From positions 61,079 to 125,078 of the forward strand of contig JAANOX010000036.1 of NCBI GenBank assembly GCA_020184695.1: a stretch of DNA of 64,000 nt, written 5' to 3'. Numbering within the stretch: position 1 is the first letter of the stretch; each line of letters begins with the position of its first letter. Origin of the DNA: Histomonas meleagridis 2922-C6/04-290x (taxonomy: Eukaryota > Protista > Parabasalia). The notes below the pieces were generated by a model. That model ran no database searches. It saw only the letters and a list, made by a program, of their open reading frames with translations, and was not told the origin of the DNA. Of the stretch, positions 11,088 through 21,700 are shown piece after piece. The position numbers and the translations under genes were made by a program.

Positions 11088-12608
11088 ATGTCCGAATCCA
11101 AAGTTCATATCGATGTGACCATTTTAATCAGAAAAAAGCAACGTCTTTATGGCGTACCAAATGGAGAGTTCCTTCGCTATGCACAGTATTGTACTCGTCG
11201 TATTGCACGTCTTACCAAACTTCTTCGAAAGAATCCCGAAGTTGAAGGCATGAAAGGACCTAAATTTGATTTATCTCCAGAAAAAAATCAAAATTTGGAA
11301 CATATGGAAATTGTTATTTACAATGCAGAACGTGCCTATGCAAGATATAGATATTTAAAGAACACAGCTGAAGGTAACGCACGCCGTAATGCTCATGCAC
11401 TTCGCCGTCTTATCAAATGTCAAAAACTTTGGCAACAAGCACATGATTGTGCTGTTGCATTTTGCACGCAAAGAACACAACTTGAAATTGATGCATTCCA
11501 AAACAATGCTAAAGCTACTCTCCAACTTGAAAAAGGTGAATGGGCTAATGCACTTGACACATTTACACAAGTATCCGAAGTCTTTACTGAAATTATGAAT
11601 TCATCCACAGATACAACGCTTAAATCCTACTGCAATGACATTGTTAATGACATTGAACCTCTTCTTGAGTTCTGTCGTTTCAATCTTGGACAATCTGCCA
11701 GCACACATATCAATGCTGAATTACGAGAAAAAGTTCGTGGTATGTTTTCCATAGACACGGAGAAAACCGCAAGTGTTAGGCGTATTACAGAGCTCAAATG
11801 GCATGGTAAAACAGTATCAATTGTTCATGATGGATTATGTCACAAGCTAGCCACAGTTGCCGATCTCGTTGAAGACTCCAACAGGGAGGACATTGATTAT
11901 GATTTCCGTATGACTATCTTTGACCGCCTCATTGCCGAATCGCACGGCGTTCGTCAACTTGTCAAATCGATATCACAAAAAAGTGACAGCGAAGATCTTC
12001 GAACGATAGACTATTACTTAATGTGGAATTCATTTATTGCCACGATAGCACGATCACAGCTATTACTTGATTCACTTACTAAGCCATCAGAACGTGCTGA
12101 ATTTGCATCTCGTACATATTCACGTATCCAAGAAGTTAAGAACCAATTCGATAATGACCCCGCAGTCATGAGCCTTGAAATGATATGGCGCGCGCTCAAA
12201 GTAATGAATATTGCGTTGACCAAAATCGGGCCCGAGTCAGCATGTCTTCTTGATCGCGCGAGTTCATATTGCGGAAATGCAGTTTCGACAATTACATCCG
12301 AAAACGTAACCGATCCTCCGTACTTAAGAAAGTACGCAAACGATTTACTGATGAAAATAAGGAAGGCGAAGATCGAAGCGATCGTTGCAATGACAAATGA
12401 TAAGAAGAATGACGGCGTGGAAGAGAAACTGTTTGTCGAGGACACCGAAAGCTTCGCGCCATGCAAGCAGCTCGTCGAAATGCCGCCGAAGCCAAGGACA
12501 ATCACGCCGAAGGGAATGATATTCGACCTCATCGGAGACTACTTGGAATACCCGAGTCTGGAAAGTAAGTTCAAGAAGAGTTGGGCAAACAGACTTAAGT
12601 TTTGGTAA
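11088..12608 (+). CDS. SRP68: Signal recognition particle subunit SRP68
   Basis: N-terminal RYAQYCTRRIARL and AERAYARY..K motifs; C-terminal PKGMIFDLIGDYLEYPSL resembles the SRP68 PLFFDLA..FPPL motif. Confidence 0.85.
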   Translation: MSESKVHIDVTILIRKKQRLYGVPNGEFLRYAQYCTRRIARLTKLLRKNPEVEGMKGPKFDLSPEKNQNLEHMEIVIYNAERAYARYRYLKNTAEGNARRNAHALRRLIKCQKLWQQAHDCAVAFCTQRTQLEIDAFQNNAKATLQLEKGEWANALDTFTQVSEVFTEIMNSSTDTTLKSYCNDIVNDIEPLLEFCRFNLGQSASTHINAELREKVRGMFSIDTEKTASVRRITELKWHGKTVSIVHDGLCHKLATVADLVEDSNREDIDYDFRMTIFDRLIAESHGVRQLVKSISQKSDSEDLRTIDYYLMWNSFIATIARSQLLLDSLTKPSERAEFASRTYSRIQEVKNQFDNDPAVMSLEMIWRALKVMNIALTKIGPESACLLDRASSYCGNAVSTITSENVTDPPYLRKYANDLLMKIRKAKIEAIVAMTNDKKNDGVEEKLFVEDTESFAPCKQLVEMPPKPRTITPKGMIFDLIGDYLEYPSLESKFKKSWANRLKFW

Positions 12609-13088
12609 AAGATTTCCTAACAATGTAACGAATTTGATTGTGTGCAATATGAAATTTTGTTTGTTCATTTCTTTATTTTTATTGGGTGCGTTTCAATGGA
12701 TTAATATGTAACTCAGGTCATTTTTATACTTATAAATAGATAAATCAATGGAACACTAATTTTTTTTTATTAGTAAAGAATAAATTATGTAGTAAAAACG
12801 TATAAATTGTGCAAATTGGTGTAAAAATAACCACAAAAAACGGTTAAGAATTTTCACACGATAATTCAAAGGTGGCCGTTTGATGATAATCGCAACTGTA
12901 GTAACAAAAAAATTATTCGATAGCTAAAGGGCTTATGTCTATTTTCATACTTACATTTGTGTGTCAATTTAGCCAAGTTAAATGTGATAATTTAAGTCAT
13001 TATTCTTATAAATTTCAGACCAAACAATTACACAATTGTCACATGAACTACGAAATATTAGATAAACCCGAATTAATTAATTAAAAAA

Positions 13089-13159
13089 TGCATCGCCCGG
13101 GAATCGGACCCGGACCCCCAGCTTGGCAAGCTGAAATTCTACCATTAGACCAGCGATGC
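13089..13159 (-). tRNA. tRNA-Gly (anticodon GCC)
   Basis: Minus strand reads GCATCGC...GCGATGC-A (acceptor stem), D-arm GTCTAATGGTAGAA, anticodon arm TCAGC-TTGCCAA-GCTGG and T-arm CCGGG-TCCGATT-CCCGG, followed by a T6 Pol III terminator (13083-13088). Confidence 0.95.
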
Positions 13160-13342
13160 TGACAAATTCTTACAATTATTATATTACATCATTATATTTG
13201 AGGGTTTTTTTATGATATTTTTCAGGGACTAGATTTAGGTCAAAATGTGTTAATTATATCTATCACTCCACACATTCATTAACTGTGCAAAATGTCATCC
13301 ATCTTCCGAGGTTGTGCTTGAAAAAGTAAAAATTTTGATATC

Positions 13343-15244
13343 ATGTTACAACAATTATTATATTTAAATTCCAATTTTCGTTTGTTTAATAATGTTTTAG
13401 GAAACGATTTATGTAGAGAAACATTTCAAACTACTACAAAACCATTAACTTATGGTATTTTATTGATACCAAATATAAAAAGCCAAATATCATATTTTAA
13501 AAATATATATACTAAATATTTTTATTCGAGATTTTTGTTTGTTTCTAATTTTATAAGTTTCCCAAAAAAATTTGGATTATTATTTCTAATTCTTATTTAT
13601 AATTTTCTTACCAAATATATACCAAATAAAAGGAAAGATGATTTTAAATATATTTCGTTAATGTTTATTTTATTTATGATAAATTCATTTCAACTTTCTT
13701 ATGTTGAACCAAGTAATACATTAATATTAAATAATGCTCTTGATTTTTCAAGTATTTACAAAGATTATCAAAATTTTGCACAAAATTTAATCATTGAAGG
13801 AATCACCACGATACCAGATGGTGCTTTTGCTGATTGGATTATGTTATATTCTGTTAAAGTTGGCAATGTGGTTTATACAGTTGAACAAAATGCGTTTGCA
13901 AGGTGTTCTAAATTAGAAATTGTTATATTTGAAGAAGATCTTAAAACAATTGGTAATTATGTATTTCAAAATTGTATTAATTTAATTAATATAACAATTC
14001 CAAAATCAGTTGAATCAATATCATTAAACCCTTTTTTGAATTGTTCAGGACTTCAATTTATTGAAGTTTCCAATGAAAATTTATATTATTCCAATTATGA
14101 AAATGATGGAATTTTATATGATAAAAATATAACAAAATTAATTAGTTATCCTCCAGCTAATTTAACAAATTTGCTTACAATATCAAAAACAGTTATATCA
14201 ATCGAACAAAGAGCAGTTCAAATATGTAACAATTTAATAACAGTTATCATTGGAGAAAATGTTAAAACAATTGGAGCATTTGCATTTTATTCATGTGGCA
14301 ATTTAAGTACAATTATTATTGGACAAAATGTTGTATCAATTTTTGATTTTGCTTTTTCTTATTGTAATTCACTTGAATGTATATACTTTAATGGTAATAA
14401 TGAACCAATAATTTTCGAAAATGTATTTTCTGATATTAATAACTTATATGTAATGGTGCCTTTAACATATAATGAAGAAAAATTTGGTGATTTTCCTGTT
14501 ATAAAGGGAACAACAATCGAAGAATGCATTTTACCAACATATATATTTTTTCAATCTTATACATTCACTAATTCAAATACATTTATTAAATCAAAATCAT
14601 TTACTAATTCAAATACATTTGATAAAACAAATACACTCACTATATCAAATGCATTTACAAATTCAAATACATTTGCCAAATCAAACGAATTTACTAAATC
14701 AAACACATGTACTAAATCAAGTACATATTCGCAATACAATGTCAATACTCAATTGCTTTCGAATGCAATATTAATTAATACGTATACGTTAACTTGTTCA
14801 TTATTATTTTCATATTTTCCTTCGATAATAAATTTAATATATTCAAAAAGTTTTATAATTTCAAATATTGGCACAACAAATACATATATTCAAACTATGA
14901 TTATTTATTATGATTATACAATTGTTATTTATTCATTTTATCAAAGTTATTATTATAATTATTTCTCAATTTATTTTCTAAATGAATCACAGCCAAATAA
15001 TGACAAAACGATTATCATCATAATTTGTGTTATAATTATAGTTATTATAATTGTGGTTTTACTTGTTATTGTTTTTATTAAAATTTCCAAAAAGAAGCAA
15101 AACAAAAAAGAAGAAACAAGTAATACAGAGCCAAATGAAACTGAAACAATGAATACATTCCTAACAGGATTTTCTACCAAAAATATTGCAGAAGACCCTT
15201 TTGCAATTGATTTCAAAGAAGAAAAATTTGATGTTCAGATATAA
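13343..15244 (+). CDS. BspA-like (TpLRR/LRR_5) type I surface protein with FTxSNx stalk repeats, TM helix and acidic tail
   Basis: Repeats such as TIGNYVFQNCINLINITIP and TIGAFAFYSCGNLSTIII; 6-aa FTxSNx repeats; TM segment IIIIICVIIIVIIIVVLLVIVFI; tail EDPFAIDFKEE. True start may be the ATG at 13661 (MFILFMINSF, signal-peptide-like). Confidence 0.85.
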   Translation: MLQQLLYLNSNFRLFNNVLGNDLCRETFQTTTKPLTYGILLIPNIKSQISYFKNIYTKYFYSRFLFVSNFISFPKKFGLLFLILIYNFLTKYIPNKRKDDFKYISLMFILFMINSFQLSYVEPSNTLILNNALDFSSIYKDYQNFAQNLIIEGITTIPDGAFADWIMLYSVKVGNVVYTVEQNAFARCSKLEIVIFEEDLKTIGNYVFQNCINLINITIPKSVESISLNPFLNCSGLQFIEVSNENLYYSNYENDGILYDKNITKLISYPPANLTNLLTISKTVISIEQRAVQICNNLITVIIGENVKTIGAFAFYSCGNLSTIIIGQNVVSIFDFAFSYCNSLECIYFNGNNEPIIFENVFSDINNLYVMVPLTYNEEKFGDFPVIKGTTIEECILPTYIFFQSYTFTNSNTFIKSKSFTNSNTFDKTNTLTISNAFTNSNTFAKSNEFTKSNTCTKSSTYSQYNVNTQLLSNAILINTYTLTCSLLFSYFPSIINLIYSKSFIISNIGTTNTYIQTMIIYYDYTIVIYSFYQSYYYNYFSIYFLNESQPNNDKTIIIIICVIIIVIIIVVLLVIVFIKISKKKQNKKEETSNTEPNETETMNTFLTGFSTKNIAEDPFAIDFKEEKFDVQI

Positions 15245-15739
15245 TTTTTGTAGTTAAATAAAAATAATATTTTGTTTTGGATTTTGTTATTTTAGTGAAG
15301 TTTTTTGTGTGGCTTATAAATTTTAATCACCAAAAAAACGTTATTGATTGATTTAATTCTTTGATTATTTATGAAACTTCTTCAAGTAATTTATATAATA
15401 TAGTATAATAATGTTAAAAATATGAATTAATTTTTTTAAAAAAATATAATTGAAATAATCTTCCAACTTCTTTTAAATGATATATGTAAATATTATAAAT
15501 TCCTTTATTCATCAAATTCATTATTTTGTATTTTTGATGAAAATATTCATCAAATATTGGAATTTTTATCACCTAAACTTTAAAAAAATTGAGTTGTATA
15601 TGAGGGTTTTTTGCTAATTTACCACCAACTCATGAATACCTTTTGGAAAAAGACCAATGTTCCCCAATATGTAAAGGAAATTTTCCGAAAATTAAAATTC
15701 TTTTCGGAAATTCTTCTGTTTTCGGAAATGAAATATAAT

Positions 15740-15836
15740 AATCCCACATGTAACACCCACCGAAGCACCACCCAGGGTCACCCCCATATACACAAGTAAC
15801 ACTCACAAATTCCTCCCACCAATCCCACATGTAACA
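15740..15836. repeat. Intergenic C-rich element bounded by a 16-bp direct repeat AATCCCACATGTAACA
   Basis: Exact copies at 15740-15755 and 15821-15836, a partial third copy (CACAAGTAACAC) at 15791-15802, and a C-rich spacer. Confidence 0.7.
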
Positions 15837-15983
15837 TAAATACAATTAATCGTTTAGCTCATGCCCGAACAGAATCACTGCCTATTCGACTCCATTATAT
15901 AATAAAAGCATAAATGCGAAGAAGTTTCATCGAATCACATATCATTTAATTAAAATATTATTCACTTTATTTATTTAAAATAT

Positions 15984-18497
15984 TTAATTGTTTTTCATTT
16001 CATGCGATATCAGCTTCAGTGCCGCCAAGTTCATTCCGCACCTGTTTCTCATTTCCTTAATTTTCACGTGCACGATATCCTTTGCCTCTGCGAACATTTC
16101 TCTCACGTCAGCGGACGCCTCCAGCTGCACTCTGTGGTGCTTAATCAAGCAGCACATGCACCTCACGATCAGCTCTGTCTCTTTGTTCTCATTGAGCCAT
16201 CCGACCATCCAATTAATCAATGATATCGCCGCGTGCAATGGCAGCGATGTCATTACTATGTCCAAGTTCGCCCTATTAATCCTTTGCAGACTTCGCAGCA
16301 AATATTCCGACGGCGTAATGTCTCTCATTAGTGGACTGTCCTCGATTCCGTCGCGTTGTTTATCAGCGGCAACAATCGCATCGCACAATAAGTCGCCGTG
16401 TGTGATGGATTCAACTGATTGGCGAACTGCTAAATCCTCAACTGCGCCCCCGTATATAGAGCCACGTAACGCAGCTACTGTTCGATCGATTCGGTCGGCG
16501 CCATCGCGTTCCATTTGTCGCGCAAGTTCGTTTTCGCGCTCTTGTGAGACAAATAATTGCTCTTGAGTGCGACCCCAAATCCGGACTGCTTTATCACGTC
16601 CCCCTGTGATTACATATTGGCCATGCGTGGAGACACTTAAGCCCCAGATCTCTGAGATGTGACTACGTAACTTTTGGACACATAAAAAGCGATCGCAATC
16701 CCATAACTTGAGAACGCCATCGCGTCCTGTCGACCAGGCAAGGTGTGTGTTGGGTACAAACTTGACGTTGGAGACTGGGGAATCATGTGCCCATAATGAA
16801 CGATGACAATCGCCAAATTCACTTCCCCAGATGCGGATGTTCTTATCTGCAGAACCTGTGATTATAAGTGCACCATCAGTAGAGAAGTCAATGGATGTGA
16901 CTGGGAGTTGTGAGCCGTATAAAGGAAGATGGAAATTAAGTGTATCTGTATGGAAAATTCGTACTGTGGTATCTAAAAGACCAGCAGCTATAAGTGTGGA
17001 ATCTTTGTTGTATGCAATGGAGGTTACTTCATCATTGAGTTTAAGTGTTCGCTTATGGACAAGGATTGGGCGATCATCTTCAAAACGGAAACTCCAAAAT
17101 CGAACTTCATGATCTTCTGACCCTGTAGCAACTTCTGAGAAGTCTGATGAAACAGCTATAGACCAAATGATACCACTGTGAGCACGGACTGAATAGTAGA
17201 CTTCGGCAGACGATAGATCGACAAATTGAATTAAACCGTCTTTTGTCCCGATGATGACAAAACGTCCTCCAGCAAGCACAGAAAGGCACATTGCATAGCC
17301 ACACTCAATATGGCTAACGCAAGCACCACTTTCGAAGTCCCAAACACGAATTTCACCATTACCAGCAGTAATGATTTGGTCTTCACTCATTGAAACACAA
17401 CGAATATCAGTCTTATGACCTCTTGTACTTAGAGTTATTTCATAGGCATCAGAATCGGCCGACTTAGAGATCTTTTGGATTGTGTTATTAGATAAAGATG
17501 CAATAATGGAATCACCAACAAACGTAAGAGCACATAACTTTGATTCAACAGCAAATGTTGTCTTAGGTTCGAACTCAACAACATTTGTAATGGTTGTGGC
17601 CTCTTCTTGGTTCTTTGATTTTGATTTCCTACGTTTCTTCTTTTGCTTCTTCTCAATCGTGGCAATGTCATGAACTGTCCATATTTCGATAGTTTTGCCG
17701 CTGGAACCAAACGCAAGAAGACTATTGTCTTCGTTCGTGACAATTGTTTGACATCTGTGAACACATCCTCTGCCATAGTTAGAGCGCAGAGTTAGGATGG
17801 AAGGATTGGACATATCAACATCTTCAGGTTTGGAGATGTTAAAAACAAAAAAGTCTTTCGATTTTCCGGCACAAATTATTTCATTATGAATTTTGATATA
17901 ACAAAGACTCCAAACTTCAGAGGCAGCTGTTGTGACAGTTTGAATGCACGTCTGTAGTTCAATGTCCCAAACTCTGATATGAGTATCTTTTGATGATGAT
18001 ATCATCCAATTTGTATCTGGAATAAAACATATGTCAGTAATTGCATTTTGATGGCCAACAAGACGACAAATACCGGAATCACCTGAACAATCCCATAATA
18101 TAACATCATTATCTTGCGAACCACTTGCAAGTATGTTTGAATCGTAATTAAATTTAACGCATGTAATAGCTCTGCGATGTCCAACAAATCTATTTTGTAT
18201 TTCCCCATCTTCGGTGAACACAACAATTTCACCATTTGAATAACCAACAGCAATAAATGTTCCATTTGGTGAAGTTGCAATATCTGTAACACTAATTGTT
18301 TCATCATCTTCAAAAAATTCGTGTGGTGGTTTAAATGTTTGCACAACTTGAGAAAGTGTAGAATTAAAAGCGCCAACATTATCTGCTTGTGCGGTTAATA
18401 TTAAAGATCCTCCTTTGAACGCTTGGATGCTCTTAGCGCGCGTTGTGTTCATGCCTAAGGTGCGGCTGAGCTCTGTTTTGAGGTATGCGTGTTCCAT
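15984..18497 (-). CDS. UTP12: U3 snoRNP protein UTP12/DIP2/WDR3 (WD40 repeats plus Utp12 domain)
   Basis: Many WD40 repeats (e.g. ILASGSQDNDVILWD, IITGSADKNIRIWGSEFGDCHRSLWAH) and a helical C-terminal Utp12-like domain ending NLAALKLI. Confidence 0.9.
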   Translation of the reverse strand: MEHAYLKTELSRTLGMNTTRAKSIQAFKGGSLILTAQADNVGAFNSTLSQVVQTFKPPHEFFEDDETISVTDIATSPNGTFIAVGYSNGEIVVFTEDGEIQNRFVGHRRAITCVKFNYDSNILASGSQDNDVILWDCSGDSGICRLVGHQNAITDICFIPDTNWMISSSKDTHIRVWDIELQTCIQTVTTAASEVWSLCYIKIHNEIICAGKSKDFFVFNISKPEDVDMSNPSILTLRSNYGRGCVHRCQTIVTNEDNSLLAFGSSGKTIEIWTVHDIATIEKKQKKKRRKSKSKNQEEATTITNVVEFEPKTTFAVESKLCALTFVGDSIIASLSNNTIQKISKSADSDAYEITLSTRGHKTDIRCVSMSEDQIITAGNGEIRVWDFESGACVSHIECGYAMCLSVLAGGRFVIIGTKDGLIQFVDLSSAEVYYSVRAHSGIIWSIAVSSDFSEVATGSEDHEVRFWSFRFEDDRPILVHKRTLKLNDEVTSIAYNKDSTLIAAGLLDTTVRIFHTDTLNFHLPLYGSQLPVTSIDFSTDGALIITGSADKNIRIWGSEFGDCHRSLWAHDSPVSNVKFVPNTHLAWSTGRDGVLKLWDCDRFLCVQKLRSHISEIWGLSVSTHGQYVITGGRDKAVRIWGRTQEQLFVSQERENELARQMERDGADRIDRTVAALRGSIYGGAVEDLAVRQSVESITHGDLLCDAIVAADKQRDGIEDSPLMRDITPSEYLLRSLQRINRANLDIVMTSLPLHAAISLINWMVGWLNENKETELIVRCMCCLIKHHRVQLEASADVREMFAEAKDIVHVKIKEMRNRCGMNLAALKLISHEMKNN

Positions 18498-18703
18498 ACT
18501 TTGTTTGCTTTTGTTCGACCGAACCTAAAATCAGCGGTTGCGGCGGTTATTGTGGTCATGTGAAAATTTGACAGACAGAGATAGTGAAATAACATATAAA
18601 GAAAAAAAAATGTTTTATTTATTTATAGGGAAACAATGTGTTTGTACCTTTCTGCTAACAGTATACAAAAGGCCGCTTTTGAATCTGAAAAAGATTTGCA
18701 AAT

Positions 18704-21700
18704 TTATAATTCAGTATTTTCTTCTGTCTTTTCTTCATTTGGATTTTCATTTTCGTTTTCTTCATTTTGAATTATTTCTTCTGTATTTTCCTTGCTTTGC
18801 ATGTTTTCTTCTGTCTTTTCTTCATTTGGATTTTCATTTTCGTTTTCTTCATTTTGAATCATTTCCTCTTTGTTTTCTTCTGTCTTTTCTTCATTGGCAT
18901 TTTCATTTTCGTTTTCTTCATTTTGAATTATTTCCTCTGTATTTTCCTTGCTTTGCATGTTTTCTTCTGTCTTTTCTTCATTTGGATTTTCATTTTCGTT
19001 TTCTTCATTTTGAATCATTTCCTCTTTGTTTTCTTCTGTCTTTTCTTCATTGGCATTTTCATTTTCGTTTTCTTCATTTTGAATTATTTCCTCTGTATTT
19101 TCCTTGCTTTGCATGTTTTCTTCTGTCTTTTCTTCATTTGGATTTTCATTTTCGTTTTCTTCATTTTGAATTATTTCTTCTGTCTTTTCTTCATTGGCAT
19201 TTTCATTTTCGTTTTCTTCATTTTGAATTATTTCTTCTGTCTTTTCTTCATTGGCATTTTCATTTTCGTTTTCTTCATTTTGAATTATTTCTTCTGTCTT
19301 TTCTTCTGTTTCTTCTATATTTTCTTCAGTTTTTTCTTCCTTTGTATTATTATTTTCTTCATTGGGATTTTCATTTTCTTTGTTTTCTTCTGTTTTTTCT
19401 TCCTTTGTGTTTTCATTTTCTTGATTTTCTTCGTTTGTATTTTCATTTTCTTTATTTTCTTCTGTTTTTTCTTCATTTTCTTTGATTTCTTCATTTTGAA
19501 TTATTTCTTCTTTGTTTTCTTGATGATTTTCTTCATTGATATTTTCATTTTCGATTATTTCTTCTGTTTTTTCTTCATTGACATTTTCATTTTGCATATT
19601 TTCTTCTTTATTTTCTTCATTTTGTATTATTTCTTCTGTCTTTTCTTCATTTGTATTATTATTATTTTCTTCATTTTGTATTATTTCTTCTGTCTTTTCT
19701 TCATTTGTATTATTATTATTTTCTTCATTTTCTTCGTTTGTATTATTATTTTCTTCAGTTTTTTCTTCGTTTGTATTATTATTATTTTCTTCATTTTCAT
19801 TTTGCATATTTTCTTCTTTATTTTCTTCATTTTGTATTATTTCTTCTGTCTTTTCTTCGTTTGCATTAACATTTTCTTTGTTTTCTTCTGTTTTTTCTTC
19901 ATTTTCTATATTTTCTTCAGTTTTGGCTTCGTTTGTATTATTATTATTTTCTTCATTTTCATTTTGCATATTTTCTTCTTTATTTTCTTCGTTTGTATTA
20001 TTGTTATTTTCTTCATTTTGTATTATTTCTTCTGTCTTTTCTTCGTTTGTATTATTATTATTTTCTTCATTGACATTTTCATTTTCTATGTTTTCTTCTG
20101 CTTTTTCTTCATTTGTATTCTCATTTTGTATATTTTCCTCTTTGTTTTCTTCCTTAATTTGCTTATTTTGTATGTTTTCTTCATTAACATTTTCGTTTTG
20201 AACAATTTCTTCATTTTCTACATTTTCATTTTTGTTTTCTTCATCTTTTATGTTTTCATCTTTCCTTTCTTCATTGGCAATTTCCTTTTCTTTATTTTGA
20301 TTTATTTCTTCAGACTTTTCTTCATTTGTATTATCATTTTGCATGTTTTCCTCTTTGTTTTCTTCATGATTTCCTTCATTTGGAATCACTTCTTCTTTAT
20401 TTTCTTCTTTTTGTATTGTTTCTTCTGATTTTTCTTCATTTTCATTCTCATTCTTCGTATCTTCATTTTGCATAATTTCTTCTTTACTTTCTTCGTTATT
20501 TGAGTTTTCTTCATTTGACTTTATTTCAGTTTCTTCATTTTGTATTATGACTTCTCTATCCTTTTCATTAGCATTTTCTGCATTTTCTTCATTTTGCACA
20601 AATTCTTCTTTACTTTCTTCATTAATATTTTCGTTTTGAATGTTTTCATCAGTTTTTTCTTCATTATATTCATTCATCTTTATTTCATTATCATCATTTG
20701 ATGTCTCTTTCTCTTTTTCGTCACTTGATTCTGAATGCTTGTCTTCGTTTATCTTGATTTCTTCTGTTTCTTTCTCTTTTTCGTCACTTGACTCTGAATG
20801 TTTATCTTCGTTTATCTTGATTTCTCCTTCCACATCACTCGATGTTTCCTTATCGTTTATCTTTTTTTCTTCTTCTTTATTGATTTCTTCTGTTTCTTTC
20901 TCTTTTTCACTACTTGAATCTGAATGTTTATCTTCGTTTATCTTTATTTCTACTTCGTCATCACTCGATGTTTCCTTATCATTTATTTTGATTTCTTCTG
21001 TTTCTTTCTCTTTTTCGTCACTTGAATCTGAATGTTTGTCTTCGTTTATCTTTATTTCATTATCTTCATCACTTAATTCTTGTTCTTTGTCGTTTATCTT
21101 TATTTCTACTTCATCATCACTTAATTCTTGTTCTTTATCATTTATCTTTATTTCTTCTGTTTCTTTCTCCTTTTCGCTACTTGAATCTGAATGTTTATCT
21201 TCGTTTATCTTTATTTCATTATCTTCATCACTTAATTCTTGTTCTTTATCGTTTATCTTTATTTCTAATTCGTCATCACTCGATGTCTCTTTATCATTTA
21301 TCTTTATTTCTTCTGTTTCTTTCTCCTTTTCGCGACTTGAATCTGAATGTTTATCTTCGTTTATCTTCAATTCAACTTCTTCATCACTTGTTTGCTCTTT
21401 ATCATTTATCTTTACTTCAGCTTCTTCTTCATTTTGTTCCACTTCTTCTTTCTCCTTTTCGCTACTTGAATCTGATTGCTTTTCTTCGTTTATCTTCATT
21501 TCAACTTCATCGTCACTTGAATTTGATTCTTTCTCTTCGTCGCTTGATGTTCCACTTCTATTCTTTTCTTCTTTCTCTTTCTCTGCGCCCACATTACCCC
21601 AGCTCACTTTCATTCTTTCTCTTCCTCCTCCTTCATTTACAGAATCGCTATTTTCATCATCAAATTCAATTTTTGTACAAAATCCGAATTTGTTTGGCTC

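Noticed and set aside
13343-13660. 106-codon N-terminal extension of the BspA-like ORF
   Set aside because: Composition resembles AT-rich intergenic DNA and a signal-peptide-like start exists at 13661; treated as a probable chance open frame.
7672-18379. Numerous short ORFs overlapping SMC2, SRP68 and UTP12
   Set aside because: They overlap well-supported genes, are favoured by the locally higher GC, and have no recognisable domains.
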